A DNA stretch of 64,000 nt from positions 192,001 to 256,000 of the forward strand of contig CAWEWF010000004.1 of the NCBI GenBank assembly GCA_963812605.1. The letters run 5' to 3'. This DNA comes from an uncultured Verrucomicrobiae bacterium (GTDB taxonomy: Bacteria; Verrucomicrobiota; Verrucomicrobiia; Palsa-1439). Of the stretch, positions 10,136 to 21,838 are shown in pieces. Position 1 is the stretch's first letter. Each line of letters starts with the position of its first letter. The position numbers were made by a program, and so were the translations under genes. Below the pieces are notes generated by a model. It did no database searches and was not told where the DNA came from. It saw nothing but the letters and a program-made list of their open reading frames with translations.

Positions 10136-10368
10136 TATCCGCCTTCGCAGGGGCTTCCTCCTTCGCGAGGCTCCCATGGCGGCCAAGATGGCGAAGCAGA
10201 CAAGGGATGGGGCGCATGAAATATGCCATTCTGCGAAACGAACCCCCACCGTATTATTCACATTCACAGATACTTATGCGGTTTGCAGTGGATTGTGCAA
10301 ATGGGTTCGTTTTCCGAAAACGAATCCAAATTCTGGGGTTTATGAGGGTTCGGATGCCGCGAAAGCCA

Positions 10369-10429
10369 ACGGACGGCTCAGAGAGCCGTCCCTACCTCCC
10401 ATGATTTCCAAACAGGCGGGACGCCTGTT
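10369..10429 (-). repeat. Two REP-like hairpins
   Basis: ACGGACGGCTCAGAGAGCCGTCCCTACC and AACAGGCGGGACGCCTGTT. Confidence 0.7.
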
Positions 10430-10496
10430 CAACGCGGAAACCCGAAATGGATTCGGGGCCGCATTTCGGGGTCGGCGGAAAAACGTTTGCGCCAAC

Positions 10497-10525
10497 TTGC
10501 GTTTTGGGGTGAAGGCGTCTATTCT
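10497..10525 (+). promoter_or_regulatory. Putative sigma70 promoter of hsp20
   Basis: TTGCGT-N17-TATTCT. Confidence 0.45.
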
Positions 10526-10545
10526 CCCCTTGGTAGGATGAAGCA

Positions 10546-10959
10546 ATGGCGAAGGCGTACGATCAACATTTACATGACAGTCTTGCCTATCTGGGATTGC
10601 CGGCCCTGGCATCCCACAGCGCCTGGACCCCGAATACGGACGTTTACGAGACGCCGGACGGCCTGGTCGTAAAACTGGAAATCGCGGGCATCGAGAAAGA
10701 CGATCTCGAAATCACCTTGAACGACCGCTTGTTGCTGGTGCGGGGCCATCGAAAAGACCCGTGCCGCGAGAAGCGCTGTTCGTTCCGCCAGATGGAAATC
10801 GATTATGGCGCGTTTGAGCGGCGGATCGTCATCCCCCGTTCGGTGGATGGCAGCCGCGTGCGGGCGCTGTTCCAAAACGGCTTTCTGCATATCGAATTGC
10901 CCAAGTCCCAAAAATCCGAGCACACGACGGTCACAGTGATTATCGAACAGTTGGGCTAG
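10546..10959 (+). CDS. Hsp20/alpha-crystallin small heat shock protein
   Basis: [41 protein letters not shown]. Confidence 0.93.
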   Translation: MAKAYDQHLHDSLAYLGLPALASHSAWTPNTDVYETPDGLVVKLEIAGIEKDDLEITLNDRLLLVRGHRKDPCREKRCSFRQMEIDYGAFERRIVIPRSVDGSRVRALFQNGFLHIELPKSQKSEHTTVTVIIEQLG

Positions 10960-11023
10960 GAGCGCAGCGGCAACGCTCGCGCGCCCGGAACACGCGGGGC
11001 ACTGGCATCATCCTATAATTAAG

Positions 11024-13403
11024 ATGGCTGACCCGGAAAACAAATTGGTCACGGACGTCGTGAAGACCGAGACGCCCGCGCATGATCTGCCCACGCGGCT
11101 GCCGATTCTGCCGCTGAGCGACGTGGTGGTGTTCCCGCACATGGTCGCGCCCCTGCTCGTGTCCAATCGGCAATCGATCCAACTCATTGACGACGTGGTG
11201 GCCGGCAACCGCCTCCTGGCCGTGACCTTGCAGACGGACCCCGATCTCGAACAACCGCGGGCCGACCAACTGCGCCCGTGCGGCTGCATCGCCCGCGTGA
11301 TGCGGATGCTGAAATTCCCGGATGACAGCGTTCGCGTGCTCATCCAGGGCTTGAAACGGATGCGGATCGTTCGCGTCGAATCGGAGAAGCCGTATTTGCA
11401 GGCGGAAATTTTGCCGCTCGACGACGAACTCGACACAACGATCGAGACGCCCGCGCTGGCGCGCAACGCCGGCAACCTGTTCCAGGAGATCATCAACCTT
11501 TCGCCGTCGCTTCCGGACGAGCTCAAGGTTGCCGTCGTCAATATCGAAGACCCCAGCAAACTGGCGGACGTCATCGCGGCCAACCTGAACATTCCCCTGC
11601 TGGAGAAACAACGACTGCTGGAAGCGGTCAGCGTCAAAACGCGACTCACCCTGCTCACCAGCCTGCTCAACCATGAGGTCGAAGTGCTCCATCTCGGCAG
11701 CGAGATCCAGAACAAGGTCAACACGGCGCTCAGCAAGAGCCAGCGCGACTATTTTCTCCGCGAGCAACTCAAGGCGATCCAAAAGGAGCTTGGCGAAAGC
11801 GGCGAAAACTCGGAGGTCGGGGAATTGCGGGACAAGATCGACAAGGCACAGATGCCGCCGGAGGTAAAGAAGGTCGCCATCAAGGAAGCCGACCGCCTGG
11901 CGACGATCACGCCGGCCGCCGCCGAATACGCCGTGGCGCGGACCTATCTCGATTGGTTGATCGCCCTGCCTTGGTCGAAAGCCACTGATGACAAACTCGA
12001 TATCGCGCAGGCCCGGCGGATTCTCGACGAAGATCATTACGATCTCGAAAATGTTAAAAAACGCATCCTGGAATATCTCAGCGTGTTGAAGCTCAAGAGT
12101 AATGGCGCAACCGAAGCGCCCGCCGGCAAGGGGCCAATCCTGTGTTTCGTCGGACCGCCGGGAGTTGGCAAAACCTCGCTGGGTATGAGCATTGCGCGCG
12201 CGCTGGGCCGAAAATTCATACGCATTTCACTGGGGGGTGTTCGCGACGAAGCGGAAATTCGCGGGCACCGTCGGACCTACATCGGGGCGTTGCCGGGTCG
12301 GGTGATACAAGGATTGCGCCGGGCCGAGAGCAACAACCCGGTTTTCATGCTGGATGAAATCGACAAGGTGGGTGCGGACTTCCGCGGCGATCCGAGCGCC
12401 GCGCTCCTGGAAGTGCTCGATCCGCAGCAAAACAACAGCTTCTCGGACCACTATCTTGAGATCCCGTTTGATTTGTCGCATGTGATGTTCATTGCCACCG
12501 CGAACCTGCTGGAGCCCGTTCCACCGGCGCTTCGCGACCGCATGGAAGTCATCGAACTGCCCGGTTACACGGAAGACGACAAGATCCACATCGCGATGAA
12601 GTACCTCGTGCCGCGACAATTGACCGAGCACGGGCTGAAGAAGACGCAACTAAGCGTGAGCCGGGAAGCGCTCGCCGCCATCATCCGCGACCATACGCGC
12701 GAGGCCGGGGTGCGCAACCTTGAACGGCAAATCGCGACGATTTGCCGCCGCACAGCGCGGCGCATCGTGGAACACAAGGCGAAGTCGGTGGTAATCACGC
12801 CGCGCAACTTGAAGAGCTTTCTCGGCGCCGCCGAGTTTTTCCATGATGTCGCGGAGCGCACAACCGATCCGGGCGTGGCGATCGGCCTGGCGTGGACCGC
12901 GGCGGGCGGGGATATTCTGTTTATCGAGGCCACGCAAATGCCAGGCCGGGGCAATTTGATTTTGACCGGTTCGTTGGGGGACGTGATGCGGGAGAGCGCA
13001 CAAGCGGCGCTCAGTTATGTGCGCTCCCGGGCCAAACAACTGGGCATCGACCCCAAGACCTTTGAGAAATCGGACATTCACGTTCATGTGCCCGCCGGCG
13101 CGATCCCGAAAGACGGGCCATCGGCCGGGGTAACGATGGCGGTCGCCCTGACGTCGCTGCTCGTCCACAAGCCCGTCAAACCGGCGCTGGCAATGACCGG
13201 TGAGATCACACTTCGCGGGAAAATCCTGCCCGGTCGGCGGCATCAAGGAGAAAGTGTTGGCAGCCGCGCGTTCCGGCGTGACCACGGTCGTGTTACCAGA
13301 CCAAAATCGCAAGGATTTGGCCGACGTGCCGGCGGAGATTCGGAAGAAACTGCAATTTCATTTTGCCAAGACGATCGATGCCGCCCTGAAGTTCACGTTG
13401 TAG
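11024..13403 (+). CDS. lon: Lon protease, frameshift near 13230
   Basis: LON N-domain, [31 protein letters not shown]; removing one C restores LPVGGIKEK, ending at TAG 13403. Confidence 0.95.
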
Positions 13404-13413
13404 GCAGGAGCAG

Positions 13414-14529
13414 ATGAGATCGACTGAGCCCATGCCGCTGCGCACAGATCCCGGCGCTGGAAGGTTCGCTGCCGCAAACCTGCAAGACTTTGGCCAAGCC
13501 CTTTTGGTGGCCTGCGGTCTCGCGGAAGATCGCGCGCGCGACGTGGCCGAAGTACTTCTGGAAGGCGACCTGCTCGGGCATACCACCCATGGTCTCGCGT
13601 TGCTCCCCGCGTATCTCAGGGCCATCCAGGAAAAGACGATGGAGACGGTCGGCGAGCCCGACGTCATCGCCGATCATGGTTCTTCCCTGACGTGGGACGG
13701 ACATTATCTGCCGGGTCCCTGGCTCATGCGCCAAGCCATTGCGGTCGCCTGCGCCCGCGTTGCAGAACATCCTGTCGTCACCGTGTCCATTCGCCGGAGT
13801 CACCACATCGGCTGTCTCCAGGCGTACCTTCAACCCGTTACCGAGGCTGGGCTTGTTATTTTGCTCTGCTGCTCCGACCCCGCGTCGCGCACGGTCACAC
13901 CCCACGGCGGGGTCGCTCCTCGCCTCAGTCCGAATCCGCTCGCTGCCGGCATTCCGACAAGCGGCGACCCGATCCTGATCGACATCGGTACATCGTCCAC
14001 TTCCAACGGATTATGCAATCGACTGGCGGCAGCCGGTGAGCGGCTGCCGGGGCCGTGGCTTATCAATCGCGACGGCCACCCAACCGATGACCCGCGTGTT
14101 CTGGATGGCCCGGAAGGGGGCGCGATTTTGCCCCTGGGTGGCACGGACCTCGGCTACAAAGGTTTCGCTCTGGCCCTTCTTGTCGAGGCGCTCACGAACG
14201 CGCTTGCTGGTCACGGTCGCGCTGATGATGAATCGCGCTGGGGGGCTTCTGTGTTTTTGCAGATTCTGGATCCCCGGCGTTTTGGCGGGCGAGAATCTTT
14301 TCTGCGCGAGACGAGCTTCTTTGCCCAACTCTGCCAGGAAACGCCAGTGCCCTCCGGGAAACCGCCCGTCCGTTTGCCGGGGCAAGCTGCGCTCTTGCGT
14401 CGCAGGGAACAACTGGCGAACGGCGTCGTGCTGCATCCGACAATTCTTCCGGCATTGGTGCCGTGGGCTTCGAAACTGGGTGTTTCACTCCCAATGGCTG
14501 CGAGGCCACAGGATATTCTACGGCAATAA
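13414..14529 (+). CDS. Ldh_2 family (malate/L-lactate/ureidoglycolate-type) oxidoreductase
   Basis: [33 protein letters not shown]. Confidence 0.9.
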   Translation: MRSTEPMPLRTDPGAGRFAAANLQDFGQALLVACGLAEDRARDVAEVLLEGDLLGHTTHGLALLPAYLRAIQEKTMETVGEPDVIADHGSSLTWDGHYLPGPWLMRQAIAVACARVAEHPVVTVSIRRSHHIGCLQAYLQPVTEAGLVILLCCSDPASRTVTPHGGVAPRLSPNPLAAGIPTSGDPILIDIGTSSTSNGLCNRLAAAGERLPGPWLINRDGHPTDDPRVLDGPEGGAILPLGGTDLGYKGFALALLVEALTNALAGHGRADDESRWGASVFLQILDPRRFGGRESFLRETSFFAQLCQETPVPSGKPPVRLPGQAALLRRREQLANGVVLHPTILPALVPWASKLGVSLPMAARPQDILRQ

Positions 14530-17500
14530 CCGAACTCGATAGAATCTGCGCAATTGACTAATGGCCCCGGGATCGTTGATTTGGATAATCCCTCCGTTTC
14601 CGGGAATGTTGTTACTGAGTGCCAGCCATGTCCCCGTAACGAGGTCGGAGGTGTATTCCACACGATAATTCATGCCCAAGACCGTTCCAAAGCCAATGTT
14701 CGCGTCATTGCCGCTCGAAAAAAAAGAATTCACGCGGAGAAAGTTGCTGGCGTCCAGCGGAGAAGTCCCTGCCAAATACTCCTGCAGGTTATTCAGGCCG
14801 TCGCCATCCGGGTCACAGGTTGCGCAGGAAATGCCATTCGTGGTGGTGGGCGTGCCGAACTGCGTGGCGCGCCACGAATCGGAAATACCGTCGCCGATGG
14901 AATCCGGCCCAAACGCAATCTGCGTGGAACCACCCGTATGGTTGAATTTGACGTTCACAAAACCGGCGCCATCGTAAAACCAGCCGAGACTCGTCGCGGC
15001 AAAGTCCGTCGTATTGGTGAACCGCGGAAGACGAACGCCATCGCGCTCGACACCGAACGGTTGGGCGACGAAAAAGCGCAGGAGCATCGGGCGCGGCTGG
15101 GAGAGCAAGGTCGCGGTAATAACCGTGCCGTTGGACTGGCACGAGAGGCTGGTGCCGTCGTACACCGTAAAGCTGGAGTTCGTCGTCGGATAGACAAGGA
15201 ACTGCAAGGAACTGCCGGGCACGATCAGGTTGGGGTTGGAGGTATAGCTGGTGTCGAGGGCCGTCTGTACATTTGTCGAGATCATCGGGATCACCGCGCC
15301 CTCGCGTACGAACAATGGCATCTGGTGTTGGTTGGCATTGATCCAGTTGATGGTCTGTCCGCCGTTGTAGCGTTGGCCCAGGAAAAAGTCGTACCAGTTC
15401 CCTTGCGGCAGGTAAACCGTGCGGCTGGTGGCATTATTGGTAATGATCGGGGCGACCAGGAACTCGTTGCCGAAGAGGTACGAATGGCTGGTATTGTACA
15501 CGCTGCCGTAGGTATTGGTGTCGGTCTGGTAAAGCAGCACGAGCGGACGGATGATGGGCAGACCGTTGGTGCTGGACTGGGTGGCGTAGGAATAAATGTA
15601 CGGGAACAGCGCGGTATGCAGTTGGGCGTAGAATTGGTAGTTGGTCAGTGCGTCCGCGCCGAAGCTCCACGGGTAAATCCAGCACATGCCGACGCTGCGG
15701 TGCATCTGCATGATCGGCGAAAACGCGCCGAATTGCGTCCAGCGCATAAAGAGATTCGTCGGCGTCGAGCTCCAGTTGGCGTCTTCATACCCGCAAATAT
15801 CGTGGCCCCAAATGGAATACCCGCTCATCGCGCAGGATTCGCCGGCAAGCATGACCGCCGGCAAGCCGTTGCCATCGCCAAAATTCGGCTCGTTGTCACC
15901 GGCCCAGTTCCCCGGGTAAGCCTGCGACCCCGCAAAGCCACCGCGCTCCCACAGCATGCCGTTGGTGCCAAGGACGCTGGCAACAGTCTTGTCGTATTCG
16001 ACGGAATAGCCATTTTGCATGAGAAGGCCGGTGCGGCCATCGGCATACAGGGCGTTCGTCGGAATGTACGGCCCGGTGCTGGCCTGCGCTTCGCCATCGT
16101 CGGTCTTAAAGCCGCCAATGACGCCACCGCTCTGGTTGATCAGATTACTGAGGATATTTTGGAACCACTGCACGGCGTTGGGGTTGGTAAAATCGATCGG
16201 GCTGCCTGTTCCTTTCCACCAGGCCGCCGACAGCACATTGGTCGTGCCGCCGGAGACTACGTGGACAAAATAATTACTGGCCAGCGCCGTGGCGTATGTG
16301 GATGCGGGCTGCGTGGTGGTGATCCCCGGCACCGGGCAAATATTATACTCGCAGTTGTTGTAGCACTCCGAGGCGGAACTGGTGTTGATGAACGGGGTGA
16401 ACCAGCAGATGGCCTTGTAGCCGTTGGTCTGCAGGAACGTCATCATATCGCCAATCGTGTTAAAGCCCGGGTACGACGTGCTCTCGAAGGTGCCGCCGGG
16501 TCCGAATTGCTGGAGGTTCCAATTGAAATCGTTGTAGCCGGTTTCCCAGGGCGAATCAAAGACGAAGACCGAGCCCGGCACCCCGCGTGCACGCAGTTCG
16601 GAAACGACGTAGCGCACTTCGCCGCCGCTGCTCCAGAAATCCGAACTCATCCATGGCAGGAAGACCCAGGGCGGCGGAAGCATCGGCCGGCCCTCATAGC
16701 CGGTGTAACGCGTCAACACATCGGTCAGGTTCGGCCCATACACCATGTTATACGCCAACGCGGAATACATGTTGCTCACAACATAGCGGTCGGGATACTG
16801 GTTCCGCATGTCGAACCAACTCTCCGCGGTGGAATCCAGATGGAGGCCGTATCCCGAGGTGCTCATGAACCACGGGGCGGTCAGGTATGTGTTGTCGCTG
16901 TTGGTGCGATCGGACGTGTCGTAGTTCATGATGTGAACTTTGTTGCCCGCCTGGTCCAGGCCGTTGAACTTTTCGCCGAACCCATAAAAGTGCTCGGTCG
17001 AACTGGATGGCACCGTGATCGAGGTCGCCGTGACCGGTAGCGCGCCCCAGTTGGCGACCGCGTAGCGCATCACGCCGGGATACGGAAATGTCAGTTGCGC
17101 CACAATCGAGGTTGAGCCGGCCGACTGCACGAGTTGAACGCCGTTGCTGATCGGAGTGGATGACTGCACGCCGCCGATCAGATACGAGCTGCCGCCGGCG
17201 CTGAAGGAGGCCGGTAGCAAGGTGATCGTGTTCACTCCCGGATTGCCCGCGATGTCGGGACCAATGAGTGTAATGTGACCGGAGTTTTGATAGACGCGCG
17301 CTTCCAGCACGCTGGAGCCAACCGCGTTCGAAAAGGAAACGAATGGTCCCGATGGTTGCAGTGATGGCTGAACGACAAACTGGAATGGATTCGCCTGGGC
17401 CACGCTTTCAATCTCCGCGCTCTGGGACAGGTTGTCATTGCCGTAGAGAAATGTTGGCAGGTGGTCGCTGTAAGGAATCTTGAAATAATACTGCACTGTG

Positions 17501-18366
17501 TCACCCGGGTTGAAAGCGTTCGCGGGAATCGAGTTGGAGTAGTATTTGTTATTTCCGTTCGCTCCGCCTTGATACCAAAATGCCATCGGGATCGAGGTCC
17601 ACGTCGAGTTGGTCGCGTTCCGATAAAAAATCGTGCTCCCCGTCTGCAGTTGGTTGCCCGGATCGCCGGAACCTTGGAACTGGTTGCCGGTATAGAGGAA
17701 CACCGCCGTGTTGGACAAAATCCCGCTCAAGGGGCTGCGCATTGTCAATCCGCTGTTACCGGCCTCGATGTCACTGGGGATATGAAAGGAAGTGCCCAGG
17801 TTGGCTTGGAAATTGCCGTTCGTGGTCAGCAGGATTCGATCGACCCGCATTCCGTCCTCGCGCATCCACAAGCTGAACGTCTGCACGCCCGTGGAGTTGA
17901 CTGTCAAAGTGGCGACGCCGTTAAGCGTGTTCGTCCGCGTCCACTGCCAGACGCCGTACTGGCTCAAGGTGATATTCGCCGCGGTGTTGGTTGTCCCGCC
18001 AAGTCCGGCATGAACGGAGTCATCCGTATTGGAGGCCGCGTAACCGCGAATCCAAACAAAGTGTGTCTGCGCGTTGGCAAAATTGACGGCGTAGTCCAAC
18101 TCCGGGCTTGTATTGAGCCAACTGGTGTTCAGGTTCACGCCGATGTTTGGCGTCGCTTCCATGTATCCCGTGCCACTGAAGCCCGGGACCGCGTTGGTGG
18201 CGACCCATTGGAAGTTCGTCCCGCTGATGGTGCGCGGGATGTTGTTGGAAAAACTCTCCGCTTCGATGACGACTACACCGCCTGCCTCGGTGAACGCAGT
18301 TTGCGCGTTTGCAGTGGAGAGAATACCGGAGAGCAGCGCAAAAGCGCCCAGAGCATATCGAATCAT
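14518..18366 (-). CDS. Secreted multi-domain GH31 glycoside hydrolase
   Basis: Signal peptide, N-terminal carbohydrate-binding-like module, GFGEKF, GFKTDDGE nucleophile, WAGDN, WGHDI, RWTQFG; C-terminal DPDGDG..NLQEYLAGT.P and FYRVRL. Confidence 0.9.
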   Translation of the reverse strand: MIRYALGAFALLSGILSTANAQTAFTEAGGVVVIEAESFSNNIPRTISGTNFQWVATNAVPGFSGTGYMEATPNIGVNLNTSWLNTSPELDYAVNFANAQTHFVWIRGYAASNTDDSVHAGLGGTTNTAANITLSQYGVWQWTRTNTLNGVATLTVNSTGVQTFSLWMREDGMRVDRILLTTNGNFQANLGTSFHIPSDIEAGNSGLTMRSPLSGILSNTAVFLYTGNQFQGSGDPGNQLQTGSTIFYRNATNSTWTSIPMAFWYQGGANGNNKYYSNSIPANAFNPGDTVQYYFKIPYSDHLPTFLYGNDNLSQSAEIESVAQANPFQFVVQPSLQPSGPFVSFSNAVGSSVLEARVYQNSGHITLIGPDIAGNPGVNTITLLPASFSAGGSSYLIGGVQSSTPISNGVQLVQSAGSTSIVAQLTFPYPGVMRYAVANWGALPVTATSITVPSSSTEHFYGFGEKFNGLDQAGNKVHIMNYDTSDRTNSDNTYLTAPWFMSTSGYGLHLDSTAESWFDMRNQYPDRYVVSNMYSALAYNMVYGPNLTDVLTRYTGYEGRPMLPPPWVFLPWMSSDFWSSGGEVRYVVSELRARGVPGSVFVFDSPWETGYNDFNWNLQQFGPGGTFESTSYPGFNTIGDMMTFLQTNGYKAICWFTPFINTSSASECYNNCEYNICPVPGITTTQPASTYATALASNYFVHVVSGGTTNVLSAAWWKGTGSPIDFTNPNAVQWFQNILSNLINQSGGVIGGFKTDDGEAQASTGPYIPTNALYADGRTGLLMQNGYSVEYDKTVASVLGTNGMLWERGGFAGSQAYPGNWAGDNEPNFGDGNGLPAVMLAGESCAMSGYSIWGHDICGYEDANWSSTPTNLFMRWTQFGAFSPIMQMHRSVGMCWIYPWSFGADALTNYQFYAQLHTALFPYIYSYATQSSTNGLPIIRPLVLLYQTDTNTYGSVYNTSHSYLFGNEFLVAPIITNNATSRTVYLPQGNWYDFFLGQRYNGGQTINWINANQHQMPLFVREGAVIPMISTNVQTALDTSYTSNPNLIVPGSSLQFLVYPTTNSSFTVYDGTSLSCQSNGTVITATLLSQPRPMLLRFFVAQPFGVERDGVRLPRFTNTTDFAATSLGWFYDGAGFVNVKFNHTGGSTQIAFGPDSIGDGISDSWRATQFGTPTTTNGISCATCDPDGDGLNNLQEYLAGTSPLDASNFLRVNSFFSSGNDANIGFGTVLGMNYRVEYTSDLVTGTWLALSNNIPGNGGIIQINDPGAISQLRRFYRVRLLP

Positions 18367-18479
18367 TGACTCATCCCTTCATGAATGCCGATAGCTATCA
18401 CGTAGCATTCTCCCCGCCAGATTGCGTGAAACCAATCTAGCCCGATGCGCGGTTTTTGTCGAACCGGCACGGCGGTCAG

Positions 18480-19334
18480 ATGCTTTACAAATTCGGCCAT
18501 CTGCGGCAAAATCCTCCCATGTTGCGCCACATGGTCGCGGGCGTTCGCCGTTTCGGGTTGTACCCAATGTACGTTCATCAGCGGGATAATTGGGAGTTTT
18601 TGGCGGTGCTCCGCGGGAAATGTGGCGCCGTGCTGAGCGAAACCGGCCCGGTCGCTCTCCTAACTCGACATCTTTGGATCTTTCCGCCGGAAGCCGCCCA
18701 TGGTTGGAAGGGCGATGGCGCAAACCGCTGCAAGGTTGCTGTCTTCCACTTCGGCAAAGTTCCGCAGTTGCTCGAGAAGGTCGCCCGCGAACACGGCTAT
18801 CTGGAGTGCGCACTGTCGTCCGCTCAAGTACGGCGCGTCACCGAAATCGAAGCGGAATTGCGCGTGCCCTACGGCCGCGTGACCGAGAAGAGTCTCCTGT
18901 TTTTTGAGAAGGCTCTGATCGAACTTTCCTTGATCGCGTTGGCGGACATCCCGGCGACCGATGATAGCGGGGTTGAGCATCCCTTGCAGAAAGTCCAGGC
19001 CTGTCTCGCGTGGTACAACGAACACATGCTCGAGCAACCGAAACTCGAACAAACAGCGGAGGCCGTCAACGTCTCCGTCCGCCACTTGCGCCGCCTTTTC
19101 TGGCAGTCACGCCGGGAAAGTCCGCAGGCTGCGTTCACGCGTGTGCGCCTCGAACGAGCGATGGGCTTATTGTCGCTTTCCAACCTCAAGCTCGAGGCCG
19201 TCGCTGAACAATGTGGCTTTTCAAGCAGCAGCGATTTCTGCCGTGTTTTCAAAACCCACCATCACATCAGTCCCGATGCCTGGCGCAAGAGACACCTGCC
19301 GGCCTATGAAGAACCCGCCACCACGCGGAAATAG
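18480..19334 (+). CDS. AraC family transcriptional regulator
   Basis: Cupin N-domain and C-terminal double HTH (SVRHLRRLF ... VAEQCGFSSSSDFCRVFK). Confidence 0.9.
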   Translation: MLYKFGHLRQNPPMLRHMVAGVRRFGLYPMYVHQRDNWEFLAVLRGKCGAVLSETGPVALLTRHLWIFPPEAAHGWKGDGANRCKVAVFHFGKVPQLLEKVAREHGYLECALSSAQVRRVTEIEAELRVPYGRVTEKSLLFFEKALIELSLIALADIPATDDSGVEHPLQKVQACLAWYNEHMLEQPKLEQTAEAVNVSVRHLRRLFWQSRRESPQAAFTRVRLERAMGLLSLSNLKLEAVAEQCGFSSSSDFCRVFKTHHHISPDAWRKRHLPAYEEPATTRK

Positions 19335-21838
19335 AGTCCGTTCGGGCCAATCCCGCGGCCGATCTTCACCAGCACCGCGTTTTCTCCCTCGCGCAAATCC
19401 ACGTCCACTACGTCTTCGTCAGGCTCGGCGCCCCGATGTACCTGCTTGTCGAATACGATCTGTCCGTTAAGCCAAATCGTCAGTGCATCGCCGCTGCCCA
19501 CATATAACCGCGCCTTGCCAGCGTGGGTCGCTTGGAACGTCGTTGCGCCAAACGTCGTCGCACCGCTGTTGTCCTTGCCCAACGCCTTCTCGAAATCCAC
19601 ATAGCCATCGATTCGCACACAATCATCCCCCACCACACGCCACCGCACGCGCCGCCCACCCTTGCCCGCGTACTCCGCGCCAGGATCAGTAGGCAATTCT
19701 GCCGTAAATTTCGCGCCCACTCCGCCGTCAAATGGTCCGAGTACACTCCACTGAGGCGGCTTGATCAATGTCAGCGTCGGCGCATTCGACAGAGCCGAAC
19801 TCCTGACCTTTACCGCGTAGCTCCCCACGTCAAGCGACTCCGGTGGACTCACATAGAACGCTATCCGTGCTTCGCCACCGGCTGGCGCGGTAATTATCTG
19901 TTGTACGCTCGGGCAACACCGTAAACCCCGCGGGTAGGGACAACTCCACTTCACCACTCAAGCTATTTGTGCCGCGATTGTGCGCTGTCAGAAAAACCTT
20001 TTCGTACTTCTGCCCGCGAATCAGCCGCTGCGTGGGCACAATGCCGCGTTCATTTCTCGCGCCCGCCAATTCGATGAATGCATCGCCTCGTTGATCGATT
20101 GGCAACGGCGGGAAAATCTTCTCGAAGTCAGCCGCGCGTTCGGCGCGAATGAAGATAGGAATCTCTGCGAGCCCCGGTCGTACCGTAAAGGTCTTCGGTC
20201 CCGCGAGTTTTTCTTTCGTCAAGGCGTTCACCCATTCGCCACTGGGGAGATAGACGGAACGTTCACCAGACTCGCTCAATACAGGCGCAACGAGCAGATC
20301 GCTGCCCAGAAAGAACTCGTCATCCATATTGTAGGTCGCAGGATCGTTCGGGAACTCATACAGGAGCGGCCGCCACATCGGGACACCTTCTTCTCGCGCG
20401 AGTTTTGCGGCGGCGAGGAGATAATCATGCAGCGCCCAGCGCAGGTTGAAATAGTATTTCGCGATGCGCACCGTTTCATCGTCGTAATACCACGGCTCAC
20501 GCGGCGTCGTGCCGTGCAGTTGCATGATCGGACTGAGCGCGCCGAGTTCCAGCCAGCGGATGTAAAGATTTTTCGTCGGCGTGCCCGCGTAGCCGCCGAT
20601 GTCGTGGCCCCAATAAGGATATCCCGAGAGTGCCGCGCTCAAGTCCCGCCCGCACTACCCGCGGAAAATCACTCCAGGATGACGATTGGTCTCCACCCCA
20701 GAACGTCGAGTCGCCCGCGCAGGGCGGCGTGCCGGATCGCGCAAAGGTCATCCCCACTTTGCCAAGATCCTGGAACGCATCCAGCACGGCGCGCTGGTAA
20801 TAAAAAGGATGCAAATTATGGAACCACGGGTCGGGCATCCGTTCGCCGCCGTCGGTCTTGAAGCCATCCACACCCATCGCAATGAGCGGCTCCTGCAATT
20901 TCTGCCACCACAATCGCGCCGCCTCCTTGCGGAAATCGATCTTCACCGCATTCTCCAGCCAGTCCACGCGCAATTCGGTACCGTCGGGTTTCAAGACGAG
21001 ATAGCCATTCGTGCTGGCTTCCGGGTAGGTGCTCGCGCTGTCCCAAATGCTCGGTGTTTCCCAGCAGACGACGTGATAGCCGCGCCCGTGCAGTTTCCCG
21101 ATCCACTCTTTCGGGTTTGGATACCGCGCCTGCTCAAAACGGAAATTCTGCAAGCCTTCCGCCCACGCTTCCAACACCACCGCGCCTGCCTTGAGCCCGT
21201 GCGCCTCCATCTTGTCGATCACGCGGTCGATCTCATACTCCGAGAGGTACGAATTGCGCGAAATCCATGGCTCAAAAACCCAATCCGGCACCGGCCGCGG
21301 CCGGCCCACAAGTTTCGTGTACTCAGCCAGGATCTCGCGCGGCGTTCCTTTGAATTCAAAGACATCCGGCCCGGATTCGGGAACTTCAATGCGCAATTCA
21401 TTCGTGACGGTTGCGCCACAATCAAATCGCACTTTGCCTGTGCAATTCACAAACAGACCGTAGCCCTTGCTGCTGATGAGAAACGGTGCGCAGATGTATG
21501 ACCGGTTGCCGCCGCCCCACGCATCGACGATCCAACTCTCCATCGTGCGCCCGCGCATATTCAGCGCGTCGAAGCGTTCACCGAAACCCCAAAGCGCCTC
21601 GCCGTCTGTCAATTTCCTGTGCAGCGGGTTGCCGCTGAATTCGATAATCGCCGTCGCACCGTTGGTGTCCGCAAGAGGGTAGCCATGAGACGGGTCGCCA
21701 TAGATAAAGCGCAGCACGCGTGGCGCAGCCGCCGGCTGGGATGGAGCTTCGCGCCTGCCGTGGGCCAGTCTGCGCGCAACCAGCGAGAGACAGCGCCAGG
21801 ACTGTCACCCGTAGGGAAACGAAATGCGATCTCCTCAT
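19304..21838 (-). CDS. GH31 glycoside hydrolase lipoprotein, three frameshifts (near 21730, 20640, 19905)
   Basis: LAGC lipobox, GFGERF, VVLEAW, GFKTDGGE, WGGDQ, WGHDIGG, YIRWLELG, plus a C-terminal beta-sandwich with GSGDAL.IWLNG. Confidence 0.85.

Noticed and set aside
10068-10330. rRNA operon following the boxA-containing leader
   Set aside because: No 16S, 23S or 5S sequence follows either copy
10216-10404. Leader peptide MKYAILRNEPP...
   Set aside because: The equivalent frame in copy 2 stops right after LRNEPPS, so conservation is at the nucleotide level
13220-13240. Programmed ribosomal frameshifting in lon, nadE or aas
   Set aside because: No shared slippery site; many unrelated genes are affected, so assembly error is the simpler explanation
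14554-17040. Long antisense ORFs (also 442..1758, 24356..25924, 38997..41015 and others)
   Set aside because: Shadow ORFs opposite well-supported genes, expected in GC-rich DNA
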